64,000 nt of DNA from Octopus vulgaris (taxonomy: Eukaryota). Shown piece after piece: positions 41,328 through 52,592 of this stretch. The stretch's first letter is position 1; every line of letters starts with the position of its first letter. Below the pieces are notes generated by a model. That model ran no database searches and had not been told where the DNA came from. It worked only from the letters and a program-made list of their open reading frames with translations. The stretch is from positions 11,904,001 to 11,968,000 of the forward strand of contig OX597824.1 in NCBI GenBank assembly GCA_951406725.2. The letters are read 5' to 3'. The position numbers and the translations under genes are program-made.

Positions 41328-41660
41328 GTTATGGCGTCATGGCTCCTGTGACAGATATCGGCAAAATCGTGGTGATCATATATGCTCTGATAGGCATCCC
41401 TTTGACTCTTGTCATGTTGGGACATATCGGAGACAAGCTGAAGGATGTTGCCAACAGAATCAACAACTTGAGCCTTTTCTCTCGTAAACCAATCATTAAC
41501 AAAGCCGCAAACATGGCCATTATCATTATTCTGGGGTTGACGTTACTCTTTGTAGCCCCTGCGCTCATTTTTCGAGCGGTGGAAAAATGGACGATCTTAG
41601 ACGCTATATATTTCTGTTTTATCACTCTTAGTACCATCGGATTTGGGGATTATGTTGTTG
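41328..41660 (+). CDS. K2P channel exon: GYG filter 1, M2, M3, pore 2 (GFG)
   Basis: Acceptor ttttccttgtag|, donor |gtaagt, phase 1/1. Splicing to the previous exon rebuilds TTIGYG. Reads GYGVMAPVTDIGKIVVIIYALIGIPLTLVML...EKWTILDAIYFCFITLSTIGFGDYVV(G). Confidence 0.96.
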
Positions 41661-41669
41661 GTAAGTTCC

Positions 41670-42372
41670 TGCTGTTGTTGTTGTTGTTGTTGTTGTTGTT
41701 ATTACTGTTGTGGTGGTGGTAGTGGTGGCGACGGTTGCGGCTACGGTGGTAGTGTCAGCACCGGTGGTGATGGTAGCAGTGGCAGTGGTAGCAGTGATGC
41801 TGGTTGTGATGGTAGCATGGTGGTGGTGGTGGTGGTGGTGGTGGCAGTGGTCGAGGAGGCAGCAGCTGCAACAGTGGTGGTGGCAGTGGTAGTGGAGTTG
41901 GTGGTGGTGGTGGCGGCAGTGATAGTGCTAGTGGTGGTGGTGGCAGCGGTGGTGTTGGTGGCAGCGGTGGTGTTGGTGGCAGCGGTGGTGTTGGTGGCAG
42001 CGGTGGTGTTGGTGGCAGCGGTGGTGTTGGTGGCAGCGGTGGTGTTGGTGGCAGCGGTGGTTGTGGTGGTGGTAGTGGAGGTGGTGGTGGTTTTGGTGGT
42101 GGTGGTGGTGGAAGCGGTGGTTGTGGTGGTGGAGGTGGTGGCAGTGGCAGTGGTGTTTGTGGTGGTGGTGGTGTTGGCGGCAGCAGCAGTGGTGGTTGTG
42201 GCAGCAGTGGTTGTGTTGGTGGCAGTGGCAGCAGTGGTGGTGGTGGTGGTGGCAGCAGTGGTTGTGGTGGTGGTAGTGGTGGTGGTGGTGGTGGTGGTGG
42301 TGGTGGCAGCAGTGGTTGTGGTGGTGGCAGTGACGGCAGCAGTGGTGGTGGTAGTGGTAATGGTGGTGGCCG
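41670..42372 (+). repeat. (GTG/GCA)-rich trinucleotide array including an 18-bp higher-order unit (gtggcagcggtggtgttg)
   Basis: Directly visible, starting about 10 nt after the splice donor. Confidence 0.9.
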
Positions 42373-42867
42373 CTGTTAGTCATGCTAGTCTTGTCATTAT
42401 GGGTTGTTTTTCAGTCTCTTGCTACATTCTTGTTATAATGTAAATAAATGTAAATAAACCCCAGTCATTTAATACAGTTCTATATTTAAGAGATGAGGAA
42501 TTATATACATTATTTACATTTGACGGATATTTGTCCACGGGCATATGGCGTAGTGGTTAAGAGCATAGCCTACTAACACCAAGATTCTGAGTTTGATTCC
42601 AGGCAGTGACCTAAATAATAATAATAATGATAATAATAATGATAAAAATCATGTTAACTGGAACGGCTCGTGTATTGAGAAGAGCATTATTGCCATGAAA
42701 ACAACATCCAGTCATGAATTTATTTATTTATTGATTTTTATAAATACATATTTTACCTGTGAATTTGTGTGTGTCATCTGGGAATGCATGCAATGAGCTT
42801 CTCTGCCCCTAGGTGTACGGAAAACACTCGGCGAGAAACGAAAGTAAGTTTGAAGAAAGAAAGAAAA

Positions 42868-42904
<37 letters not shown>

Positions 42905-42952
42905 TCGAAAAAATACCTTAGGAATGAGAACCCAGGTTCAAAATTTCCCCAA

Positions 42953-42998
42953 GACACCTGATGAGGGCTGGAGGGTATATCAGCCGAAACGTTGTGTT
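42953..42998 (+). ncRNA. Minimal type-I hammerhead ribozyme motif (Penelope-like)
   Basis: Stem I GACAC/GTGTT; core CTGATGA(G); stem II GGCTG/CAGCC; GAA-ACGT-T with palindromic stem III. Predicted cleavage after 42993. Confidence 0.7.
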
Positions 42999-43600
42999 AA
43001 CAACAAACAGGATGAGGACAAATATCCGTCAAATGTAAACAATGTAAATAACCCAGTCATCTAAGTTGGCCTTTCACATGCTGTAGGCACTTCTCTGGAA
43101 CATAATATAAGCTGTAGCGTACCTGAACACTATACAACCAGCTCATCATATAGATACTCTTTTACTCTTTTACTTGTTTCAGTCATTTGACTGCGGCCAT
43201 GCAGGAGCACTGCCTTTAGTCAAGAAACTCGACCCCGGGACTTATTCTTTGTAAGCCCAGTACTTATTCTATCGGTCTCTTTTGCCGAACTGCTAAGTGA
43301 CGGGGACATAAACACACCAGCATCGGTTGTCAAGCAATGCTAGGGGGACAAACACAGGCACACACACACACATATACATATATATACATATATACGACAG
43401 GCTTCTTTCAGTTTCCGTCTACCAAATCCACTCACAAGGCATTGGTCGGCCCGGGGCTATAGCAGAAGACACTATAGCAGAGGCCCAAGACACCGCGCAG
43501 TGGGACTGAACCCAGAACCATGTGGTTGGTTAGCAAGCTACTTACCACACAGCCACTCCTGCGCCTAGTATATAAGTTATTATAAACAAGATCTGTTTAA

Positions 43601-44750
43601 CCCTATAACTTTCAGATTACTCTGTCAAATATTCTGCTTGTTTATTCATATTGTTTTGAATAAATCATCCAATGTGTGTGTAGCTTTGAAAGATGGTAAA
43701 CTGGCAGAAACGTTAGCACACCGGGCAAAATGCTTAGCAGTATTTTGTGTCTTTATGTTCTGAGTTCAAATTCTACTGGGGTCGACTTTGCCTTTCATCC
43801 TTTCAGGGTTGATAAATTAAGTACCAGTTGCGCACTGGGGTCGATCTAATCGACTGACCCTCTCCCCCAATATTTTGGGCCTTGTGCTTAGAGTAGAAAA
43901 GAATACTGTAAATCCTCAAGTATAATCCGCATTTTTTCCCCAAAATTTAAAGGTCAAAATCCCTAGTGCGTACTATATACGAGGTTAAAAATGAAAAATA
44001 TCTTCTAAGCAATGTCCGAGTCTCTATTTGCTGTCCGGCAATGTTTATTCAGACGCAATTTGTGATGTCGGGTGTGAAAATACCTTACGCTAAGCCTGAA
44101 AGCAATGAAGTCATAAAAGAATCATCCATAACTTGCAGTTAACAACATTTATTAAACGTTATTACTGTTATTTCTTTACTTTCTGCAAACAAAATGCACA
44201 AAAAAGCTACACGTTTGCATTATGTTATATATACAATAATAATAAAGTATGTTACTGTATACATTTTTACAAACCAAGGACGTTATATAGAGGGAAGGTT
44301 TACGAAAATAAACAAAAGATGAAGGCAGGTGGAGTACAAACAAATAATTGTATTAGTATGGCGCTCGGGAATAGAAATAAAACAAGTCTTTTACGTTTCG
44401 AGCCTACGCTCTTCGACAGAAAGATACAAAGAAAAGAAACAAGGAGAGAAAAAAATGCATGTAGGAGCTAATGGTCCAAGACCTCCTTGACTCAAGTTAG
44501 AGAAGGGGTGTGTATTATACACAAGGTTTAGGTTTTTCAGAGGTACAGCCCCCTAAAATTCCCCTGTGTGTTATACTCAAGGGCAGACTATACTCAAGGA
44601 TTTACGGTATATGTAGCTTTGAGGTTTTGATGATGGGATCATTTATTTCTAGAATGACATTGCAGGGTAGGTGTGAGAGGCCTGATCTGGTCAGTTTGAA
44701 CATAAAACAGAATATTTAGGATTGATATGGCCAGTTTAAATGCTAACGGG
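43601..44750. mobile_element. Second piggyBac-type MITE family, interrupted by SINE B and a Tc2-type element
   Basis: TTAA|CCCTATAACTTTCAGATTACTCTG ... AATGCTAACGGG|TTAA. Uninterrupted relatives at about 29190-29414, 50340-50562(-), 60443-60681. The SINE is flanked by a duplicated tgtagctttga. Confidence 0.75.
44387..44424 (-). ncRNA. Minimal type-I hammerhead-like motif with a core variant
   Basis: Minus strand TCTTT-CTGTCGAA-GAGC-GTAG-GCTC-GAA-ACGT-A-AAAGA: 5-bp stem I, 4-bp stem II, ACGT palindrome; core A6 is replaced by U. Confidence 0.55.
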
Positions 44751-44773
44751 TTAATGCTTTTTGCCTTTAACAG

Positions 44774-44943
44774 GGATTGGAGAGAAAAGTGAAAATGATG
44801 AAGCTAGCACCAATGTTTACCGAATTGTCACTTATGCTTGGATTGTCATTGGTTTGGCTTACATTGCTCTTATTATCAACTATATCAGTAGCACATTGGC
44901 AAAGAAAGGACAACAGGTACAGAAACATGTGAAAAGACTTGAG
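44774..44943 (+). CDS. K2P channel exon: M4 and proximal C-terminus
   Basis: Acceptor ttgcctttaacag|, donor |gtaaga, phase 1/0. Reads (G)IGEKSENDEASTNVYRIVTYAWIVIGLAYIALIINYISSTLAKKGQQVQKHVKRLE, with the K2P M4 pattern Y..W...GL. Confidence 0.92.
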
Positions 44944-45045
44944 GTAAGATCTTTACCATTTACTCTTTTACTATTTTACTTGTTTCAGTCATTTGAAACG
45001 CACAAGACCAGTAACAGGGCCAGTATATATATATATGTGTGTGTG

Positions 45046-45083
<38 letters not shown>

Positions 45084-45422
45084 CATCAATGGAATTTGTA
45101 TCCGGTGGCACATAAGAAAACCATCCGAACGTGACCGTAGCCAGTACCGCAATGACTGGCCTCCGTGCTGAGGGCACGTAACAAACACCATCCGAGCGTG
45201 GCCGTCCGCCAGCCTCGTCTGGCACCTGTGTCGGTGGCACATAAAATCACCCACTACACTCTCGGAGTGGTTGGCGTTAGGAAGGGCATCCAGCTGTAGA
45301 AACACTGCCACATCTGACTGGCCTGGTGCAGCCTTCGGGCTTCCCAGACCCCAGTTGAACCGTCCAACCCATGCTAGCATGGAAAGCGGACGTTAAACGA
45401 TGATGATGATGATATATATATA

Positions 45423-45678
45423 GCAAGTATAGATGGGCTGGACACGTCGCCCGGCTCACCGATGATCGGTGGACGCACGCAGTCGTCGAGTGGTACCCGC
45501 GTGAGCGGAAAAGACCACCCGGAAGACCTCCACGACGGTGGAGTGACGATTTCAAGAGGACGATTGGGATCACATGGATGAGAAAGGCGCGATCCAGAGA
45601 GGAGTGGACAGCGTGCTGTGACCAGCGGTGTCAAATGGACGCCTGACGGACTGGTCAGTCAAAGTGATCAAAGTGATA
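45423..45678 (+). mobile_element. RTE LINE 3' end, CpG-rich with an open frame
   Basis: RWAGHVARLTDDRWTHAVVEWYPRERKRPPGRPPRRWSDDF...MDA*, then a short repeated tail (tcaaagtga x2) into (TA)n. Confidence 0.85.
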
Positions 45679-46761
45679 TATATATATATATATATATATA
45701 TAAATTAAATTAGAGATAAATCCACTATTAGGCAAATCAAACAGTGAAAAACATAAACCAAAACATAAAAGTAAAAATAATTAATATAATATATAAAATA
45801 TAAAATTAAAATTATTAATTTATATTTATAAATTTTTTAATTTAAATTTTTTTTTATTTTTATTATATATAACTATCAAAAAGTATTAAAAAGTTTAATA
45901 TAAGATTCGAAGATCATGGTTCTGATTCCTGGACCAGGCAGTGTGTTTGTTCTTGAGGCAAATACTTCATTTTATCTTGCTCCTGTCCACTCAGCTGTAA
46001 GTGAATTCCAGCAATAACTGGGAAGTTAACTCTGCAATGGACTGGTGTCCCATCCAGGGTGGTTGTTATCTCTGTCACTTTTATGCCATGGAAACTGGAT
46101 TAAGTTCTGGCATTATGAGTCCTAACACTCCTGAAATACTTAAGTACCCTCTTGCTACCATTCTCTCTCCTTCATCACTTTCTCTTGTATTCACCTCTTT
46201 TGTGATGTTGCCTTGAACAAACAGAAACAACAGGGGTTAGTGAGGACCCAGCCGTCCCTCCACCATTTTTTGCTGTTTTGCATCTGAGACAGAAATAGAA
46301 ACAGTGAACACATTTATTGGAGTATACCTTTCACCTTTACAAAAACTTTACCAATGCCAAGGGGTCAGATTGAAAAAATAAAGGTTATCATTATGATGAT
46401 TAGGGATAAATTCCGATAGTGTTGTTCTTGTAATGCCATTTCAGTCTGTTGCATTACCATTTCCGTTCCATTGGAAAATTTCCAGTTTTCTTAATAAATA
46501 GAGATTTTGTTTTTTTAAAAACAGAAAAAAAAAAAAAATTGTTTCCTGCTTTTTTGTTTGTTTGTAATTGTTGTTGCAGAAGTGTTTGTTGTTGTTGTAA
46601 TATTTAAACACCAACAACTTCCTTTAAAGTGCACCCATTTAACGGATGTTAACATCTTAAGAAATAAAAGATGAAGATGATGGTGACAATGAAGATGATG
46701 GTGGTGGTGGTGGTGGTGGTGATGATGATGATGATGATGATGATGATGGTGATGATGATGG

Positions 46762-46793
<32 letters not shown>

Positions 46794-47073
46794 GTGGTGA
46801 TGATGGTGATGATGGTGACAATGAAGATGATGGTGGTGGTGGTGGTGGTGGTGGTGGTGGTGGTGGTGGTGGTGGTGGTGGAGGGGGAGGGGGCTAGAGA
46901 TGGCAGCAGTCGTGAAGGTGGTGGTATAAGTGTTGCTGCTGCTGCTGCCACTGCTGCTGCTGCTACTGCTGCTGCTGGTGGTGGTGGCAGTGGTTAACAT
47001 GTGATGGTCATGATGGTGCTAGTGGTGGTAGCAATGGTTATTGTGGTTGTGGTTGTGATGGGGGAGGAAGCGA

Positions 47074-47107
<34 letters not shown>

Positions 47108-47451
47108 GGTGGTGGTGGTGGTGGTGGTGGTGGTGGTGGTGGTGGTGGTAGTGGTGGTGGTGGTGGTGGTGGTTGTGGTGGTGGTGGTGGTGGTGGTGGT
47201 GGTGGTGGTAGTAATGGTGGTGGTGGTGGTGGTGGAACGAAGAGGAGGAAGATGAGGAGGAAAACAATGATGACGCCAATGACAATGACACACAAGCAAT
47301 TAATGATACAATTTCCAGTTTTTCCTTTTTTTTTTAAAAATAGAATTATTGAAATGTCATTCATTGGAGAATAACCAACATTTTACTTGAAAACAACCAA
47401 CACTCCACATACACACACACACACACACATACAAACACACCTGCATGCATG

Positions 47452-47491
<40 letters not shown>

Positions 47492-47861
47492 CATGTACAC
47501 TCTTAATGAAGGTTGTTTTCCCATGAAAATATCTTTTGAAATTGCTTGTAAGAAGCAAAGTGTATGAGATAGATAGACAGACAGATAGACAGATAGATAG
47601 ACAGATAGATAGATAGGCAGATAGACAGATAGACAGATAGATAGACAGATAGATAGATAGGCAGATAGACAGATAGACAGGCAGACATATAGACAGACAG
47701 ACGGATAGATGGATGGATGGATGGATGGATGGATAGATAGATAGATAGATAGATAATGTAGTATACTGCATCCATATACAAAATACTTCCCCTAGTTGCC
47801 ATGTAGAGGGACTGAACCTGAAACCATGTGGTTGGGAAGCAAACTCATTTATAATACTTTA

Positions 47862-47960
47862 AGGCAAAGGTAAAGAATATGCATACCCAGTGTTTAGGGT
47901 TAGGTTTAGGGTTACGGTTACACCGAAAACAGGTGATGTGCGTATTCTTTACCGCTGCCT
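47862..47960. mobile_element. Mini element with inverted ends and internal TTAGGG-like repeats
   Basis: aggcaaaggtaaagaatatgcata / tgtgcgtattctttaccgctgcct enclosing tttagggttaggtttagggttacggttac. Confidence 0.65.
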
Positions 47961-48526
47961 GATTTGAATAGTTTATAATAATTTAAAAAGATAATTTGTG
48001 GCCATGTGATTTTGAGTTCAGTCCCACTGTGCAGCACCTTGAGCAAGTGTCTTCTACTATAGCTCTGAGCTGACCAATGTCTTGTGAATCAATTTGGTGG
48101 ATGGAAACTGTGTGGAAGCCCATCATATACATACACACATACACACACACACATATATATATATAATAATTATTTGAGGGAACCCCCGTGCCTGACTGGC
48201 TTCCGTGCCGGTGGCACGTTAAAAGCACCATCTGATCGTGGCCAATGCCAGACTCCCCTGGCACCTGTGCCGGTGGCACGTAAAAAGCACCCACTACACT
48301 CGCGGAGTGGTTGGCATTAGAAAGGGCATCCAGCTGTAGAAACACTGCCAGATCAGACTGGAGCCTGGTGCAGCCTCCTGGCTTCCCAGACCCCAGTTGA
48401 ACCGTCCAACCCGTGCTAGCACAGAAAACGGACGTTAAACGATGATGATGATGATGATTAATCCTAACTTACAGGGAAAGATTCAATTTAGAAATACTAA
48501 ATCAAATTTCACACAATATAATATAT

Positions 48527-48716
48527 ATATATAAATTAGAAAAAAACCACCTTTAATCAATTCAAAATGAACAATTAAATTACACCATCTAGAAAATTAC
48601 ATATAATAGAAATATTAAAATTTAATATTTCTATTATATGTAATTTTCAAGTGGTGTAATTTAATTGTTCATTTTGAATTGATAAAAGGTGTTTTTTTCT
48701 AATTTATATATATATA
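48527..48716. repeat. AT-rich foldback element (same family as 57893-58082)
   Basis: Arms of about 90 bp are reverse complements. Both copies are preceded by aacttacagggaaa.attcaatttagaaata.taaatcaaatttcaca and a (TA)n tract. Confidence 0.85.
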
Positions 48717-48793
48717 TAGCCACATCTAACCATCTGAAATATCTACTAGCAATAATACAATTCTTTTTGTTTTTTGGGTTTTTTTTACCACAG

Positions 48794-48823
48794 AAAGGAG
48801 AGATTTACCAAGCATGTAGTTAG
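48794..48823 (+). CDS. Possible alternative terminal exon of the K2P gene (KGEIYQACS*)
   Basis: Strong T-rich tract and accacag| acceptor; phase 0 fits the donor at 44943. Only 9 codons, so it could be chance. Confidence 0.3.
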   Translation, partial: KGEIYQACS

Positions 48824-49767
48824 AGGAAAATATAAAAAAGAACAAAAAGACTCAAGTCTTTAGTGACACAAAATATAAGCATTCAGTTCAATACTTAACT
48901 GTGTTTGTCATCTCCTCCAACTTACAAGGGTCAGTTTTAGTAGAAGGGGTGGGGGGAGGAGGAGGAGGCGGTAGTGGTCGTCTCTGTCTTTGTGGTGGTA
49001 ATAGTGGTAACTGATGGGGATGGTGGTGGTGGTAGTGCTGGTGGTGTGTGGGTGATGTCGGTGGCAGTGACAGTAGCTGTGATAGTGGTGGTGGTCACCA
49101 TCATTGTGGTTGTCTTTATGGTAGTGGTGGTGGTCACCATCATTATCGTCATTGTCATTGTCATTATCGTCATCATGATGAATGTTTTGGTAGTGGCAGC
49201 GGTGGCCTGCGGTCATTGTCATCATTTTGGTTGTGATGGTGATGGCATTGTGGTGGTGGTTGTGGAGATGGTATGCTGGTGATGGTGATGGTGCTGGTGC
49301 TGGTGGCAGCAGCAAGTGTGGTGTTGATGGTCCAGTCAGTGATATAACTAAAGTTATGAGACAAGGGTGGTGGTGATAATTGTTGGGGTAGGGGCATGAG
49401 ATGTCACTAGGTTAATTCTAAATGTGAGAGACAAATTAATTACATTTTTGACATTTGAGATAATTACATTTAAATTAGTTTTGTTTTTGGTGAGAAACTG
49501 AGACATATTGTGTGTGTGTGGGGGGGGGGGATCACTTGAATTAAATGACCAGAATAGGGTCATTCTTAGTGGTGTTGATTAGATGTATAGATATTCACTG
49601 GCTGTGTGGGTGTAGAGAAAATAGAAGTCGTGTGGGAGTGAACAGAGCAGTGTGGTAAAAACAATACAATCATATGGTAGTGGTCTTGGGCAATATAGAG
49701 TGGACACATTGGAGTAGGGATGATAGTTACAAGAGGTTAGATGTACCTATATATGTTGGTCACAGCT

Positions 49768-50181
49768 GTGTCAACTTTGATGTGGTCAGCTTTGGAATGA
49801 TCAACATTGACATGGCCAATTTTGACATTGTCACCTTTGACATGGTCAACTTTAATGTGGCCAATTTTGATGTGGTCATCTTTGGCATGGTTAACTTTGA
49901 CATTGTCAGTTTTCACACTGTCAACTGTGGTGTGGCTGGCTTTGATGTGACTGTCTTTGGCATGGTCAACTTTGACATGGCTAACTTGGATGTGGCCAGC
50001 TCTGATGTGGTTGTCCTTCACACGGCCAACTTTGATGTGATCAACTTTGACATGGTCAACTTTTCCATTGTCAACTTTGACGCGGTCATCTTTGACGCGG
50101 TCATCTTTGACGTAGTCAACTTTGATGTGGTCAACTTTGACATGATCTAATTTGACATGGTCATCTTTGACATGGTCAACA
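49768..50181. repeat. Degenerate 15-bp minisatellite (consensus about GTCAACTTTGACATG)
   Basis: About 27 diverged units with no indels; this produces the spurious (NFDVV)n and (DHIKV)n ORFs. Confidence 0.9.
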
Positions 50182-50899
50182 TTGGCAGACTGAGGCTTCT
50201 ATGCATTGCATTGCTATCTATCTACATGTAGGAATGTATACCTCTACATATGTGGCCAGTATCTGAATGTATGCTATAACATTGAGAAACATATATTGAA
50301 AAATAAATTCATACACATAGATACATGCATAATATCTTTTAACACCTTTAGCATTTAAACTGACCATAACCAGCCCAAATATTCTATCTGTCTTCTACTC
50401 CAAATGGCCAGATCTGGCCTCTCACACCAACCCTACAATGCCATTTTTAGGTAAACAATCACATCATTAAAATCTTGAAGCTACAGCATAATGTGTGACT
50501 AATTCAACACAATATGAATAAATAAACATCATTTAACAGAGTAATCTGAATGCTAAAGGGTTACATATTAATGGTTATAATAGTTAATAGTGTGAAATAT
50601 ATTCAAACACTAGTGAGATGTGCAAAGTAAAATAGTCTTGTATTTAACTCTTTGATTAATCACGTTTTGCCTCTGGTGGCGAGTTTGTGATCAAAGGGGA
50701 GAGAATCACCTCTTGGTTAAACAAAATAGATGAACCCATATGTTTAATTTTCAAAGCAGGTCTCTATCTGTCACTATTGCTGCCAGTAAAAGTATTTGTT
50801 AATTGTACATATACATACTTTTAATTGTAGACTGTTATATGGTGAAAGTCTCATTAGTTACTATGGTAACAACAGTCTACCTATCTATCTTTCACACAC

Positions 50900-50938
<39 letters not shown>

Positions 50939-51003
50939 CACTCTCTCACTATATTTCTCTCACAACAACAACCTGGTTTTTTTCTTGAAACAAATTTTAA
51001 TTC

Positions 51004-51036
<33 letters not shown>

Positions 51037-51321
51037 TGCACGTGCACACAGACACACATGCACGTGCGCGCACACACACACACACACACATACACATGAA
51101 CATACACACACACACACTCTCTTTCTCTTTCACACACACACACTTTCTCTCTCTCTCACACACTCACACACTGAATTTCTCTTTCAACAATGACAATCTG
51201 TCATAGTGAAATTCTTTTTTTAAAGTTTGTGTTGCATTGTATCTGCATTGAAAGACATACAGAAACACACACACACACAAACAAACAAACAACCCAAAGA
51301 ATAACAATCTATATTGTTACA

Positions 51322-52592
51322 TTGGGTTGGCAAGAAAGTAATTTCGGTTTTTTAGTTGTTTGAAATAAAGTCATTTTTTCGTACAAATAATGAACTGTAA
51401 TCAATTATATATTTTCCATTTTGTTTGATGACCTTTTGCCCTCTTTCTGGCAACTTCATGATTCTGCACTCATAGAACTTCTGGTCCTTATCAGCCAAAA
51501 ACTGAAGCAAGTGTGATTTTAGGTTATCATCATTATTGAAAGTTTTACCATTCAAAGAATTTCGCAAACTTCGAAATAAATGGTAATCTGATGGTGCAAG
51601 GTCAGGGCTATATGGTGGATGTGATCATCACTTCCCAACCAAGCTCCAATAATTTTTCATGAGTTAGCAAAGACATGTGTGGTCTAGTGTTATCGTGGTG
51701 GAACACGAATCCTTTACGATTTACCAATTCTGGATGTTTTTCTTTGATTGCTTCCTCCAGTTTCATTAGTTCTTGAAAGTAAACATCTGAATTGATCGTT
51801 TGGTTCCTTGGAAGCAGCTCAAAATACCCAACATCTTTGTAATCCCACCAAATTGACAGCATTGATGCAATTGATGCAATTCAGCTTTCGGTGTGGTCTG
51901 TGCTGGAACATGATCGTTTTTGATTGATGTTATGGTAGACAATCCACTTCTCATCACCAGTGATAATTTGTTTTAAAAAAAAGGTAGATTTCATTGCTTT
52001 TGAGATGCATATCGCAAATATTGATTCGTTGTGTTAAGTGAATCTCTTTCAATTTATGTGGAACTCAAATTTTGAGCTTCTTAACAAGTCCAAGACATTT
52101 TAAGTGATTTTCAATTGTTGTGTGTGATACATTTAACTTCTCTGCAATCTCTCACACAGTTATATGACAATCAGATTCAATTATGGATTTGACTCAGTCA
52201 TCATCATCTTAAGTGGATTCAATCAAAATGTTGGTCGTCTTTGAGTGAAAAATTTCCAGAATGAAATTTTTAAAATCATTTCTGACATGTGCGTTCTGTT
52301 AAGCAATCAAGGCCATAAACTTCACATATCTCTTTGTGAAACTCAGCAGCTTTCTTGCCTTTATGGAAATATAAAAGTAAAATATGACGAAAATGTTCGT
52401 TTTTGCACTCCATGTTAAAATTGACACTGAACTAACAGCTGTAAACAAAATTATGCATAGTTTGCTTCTAAAGTAAACTAAAAGTAATGGCTGTCAAATG
52501 TCAAAAGACAAAAATCATAACATTGACAAAAGTCGTTCAAAAAAATCCTAGCATTATTTGTGAAAAATGAAATTACTTTCTTGCCAACTCAA
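51322..52592 (-). mobile_element. Near full-length decayed mariner element
   Basis: TIRs ttgggttggcaagaaagtaatttc / gaaattactttcttgccaactcaa; about 1.27 kb. Fragments ITGDEKWIVY, MLSIWWDYK..YFELL, FHHDNTRPH, YSPDLAPSDYHLF. Confidence 0.92.

Noticed and set aside
41643-42443. 266-aa poly-Val/Ala ORF and antisense poly-His ORF
   Set aside because: Trinucleotide microsatellite in an intron. The same applies to the ORFs at 30019-30439, 46515-47364 and 48908-49315.
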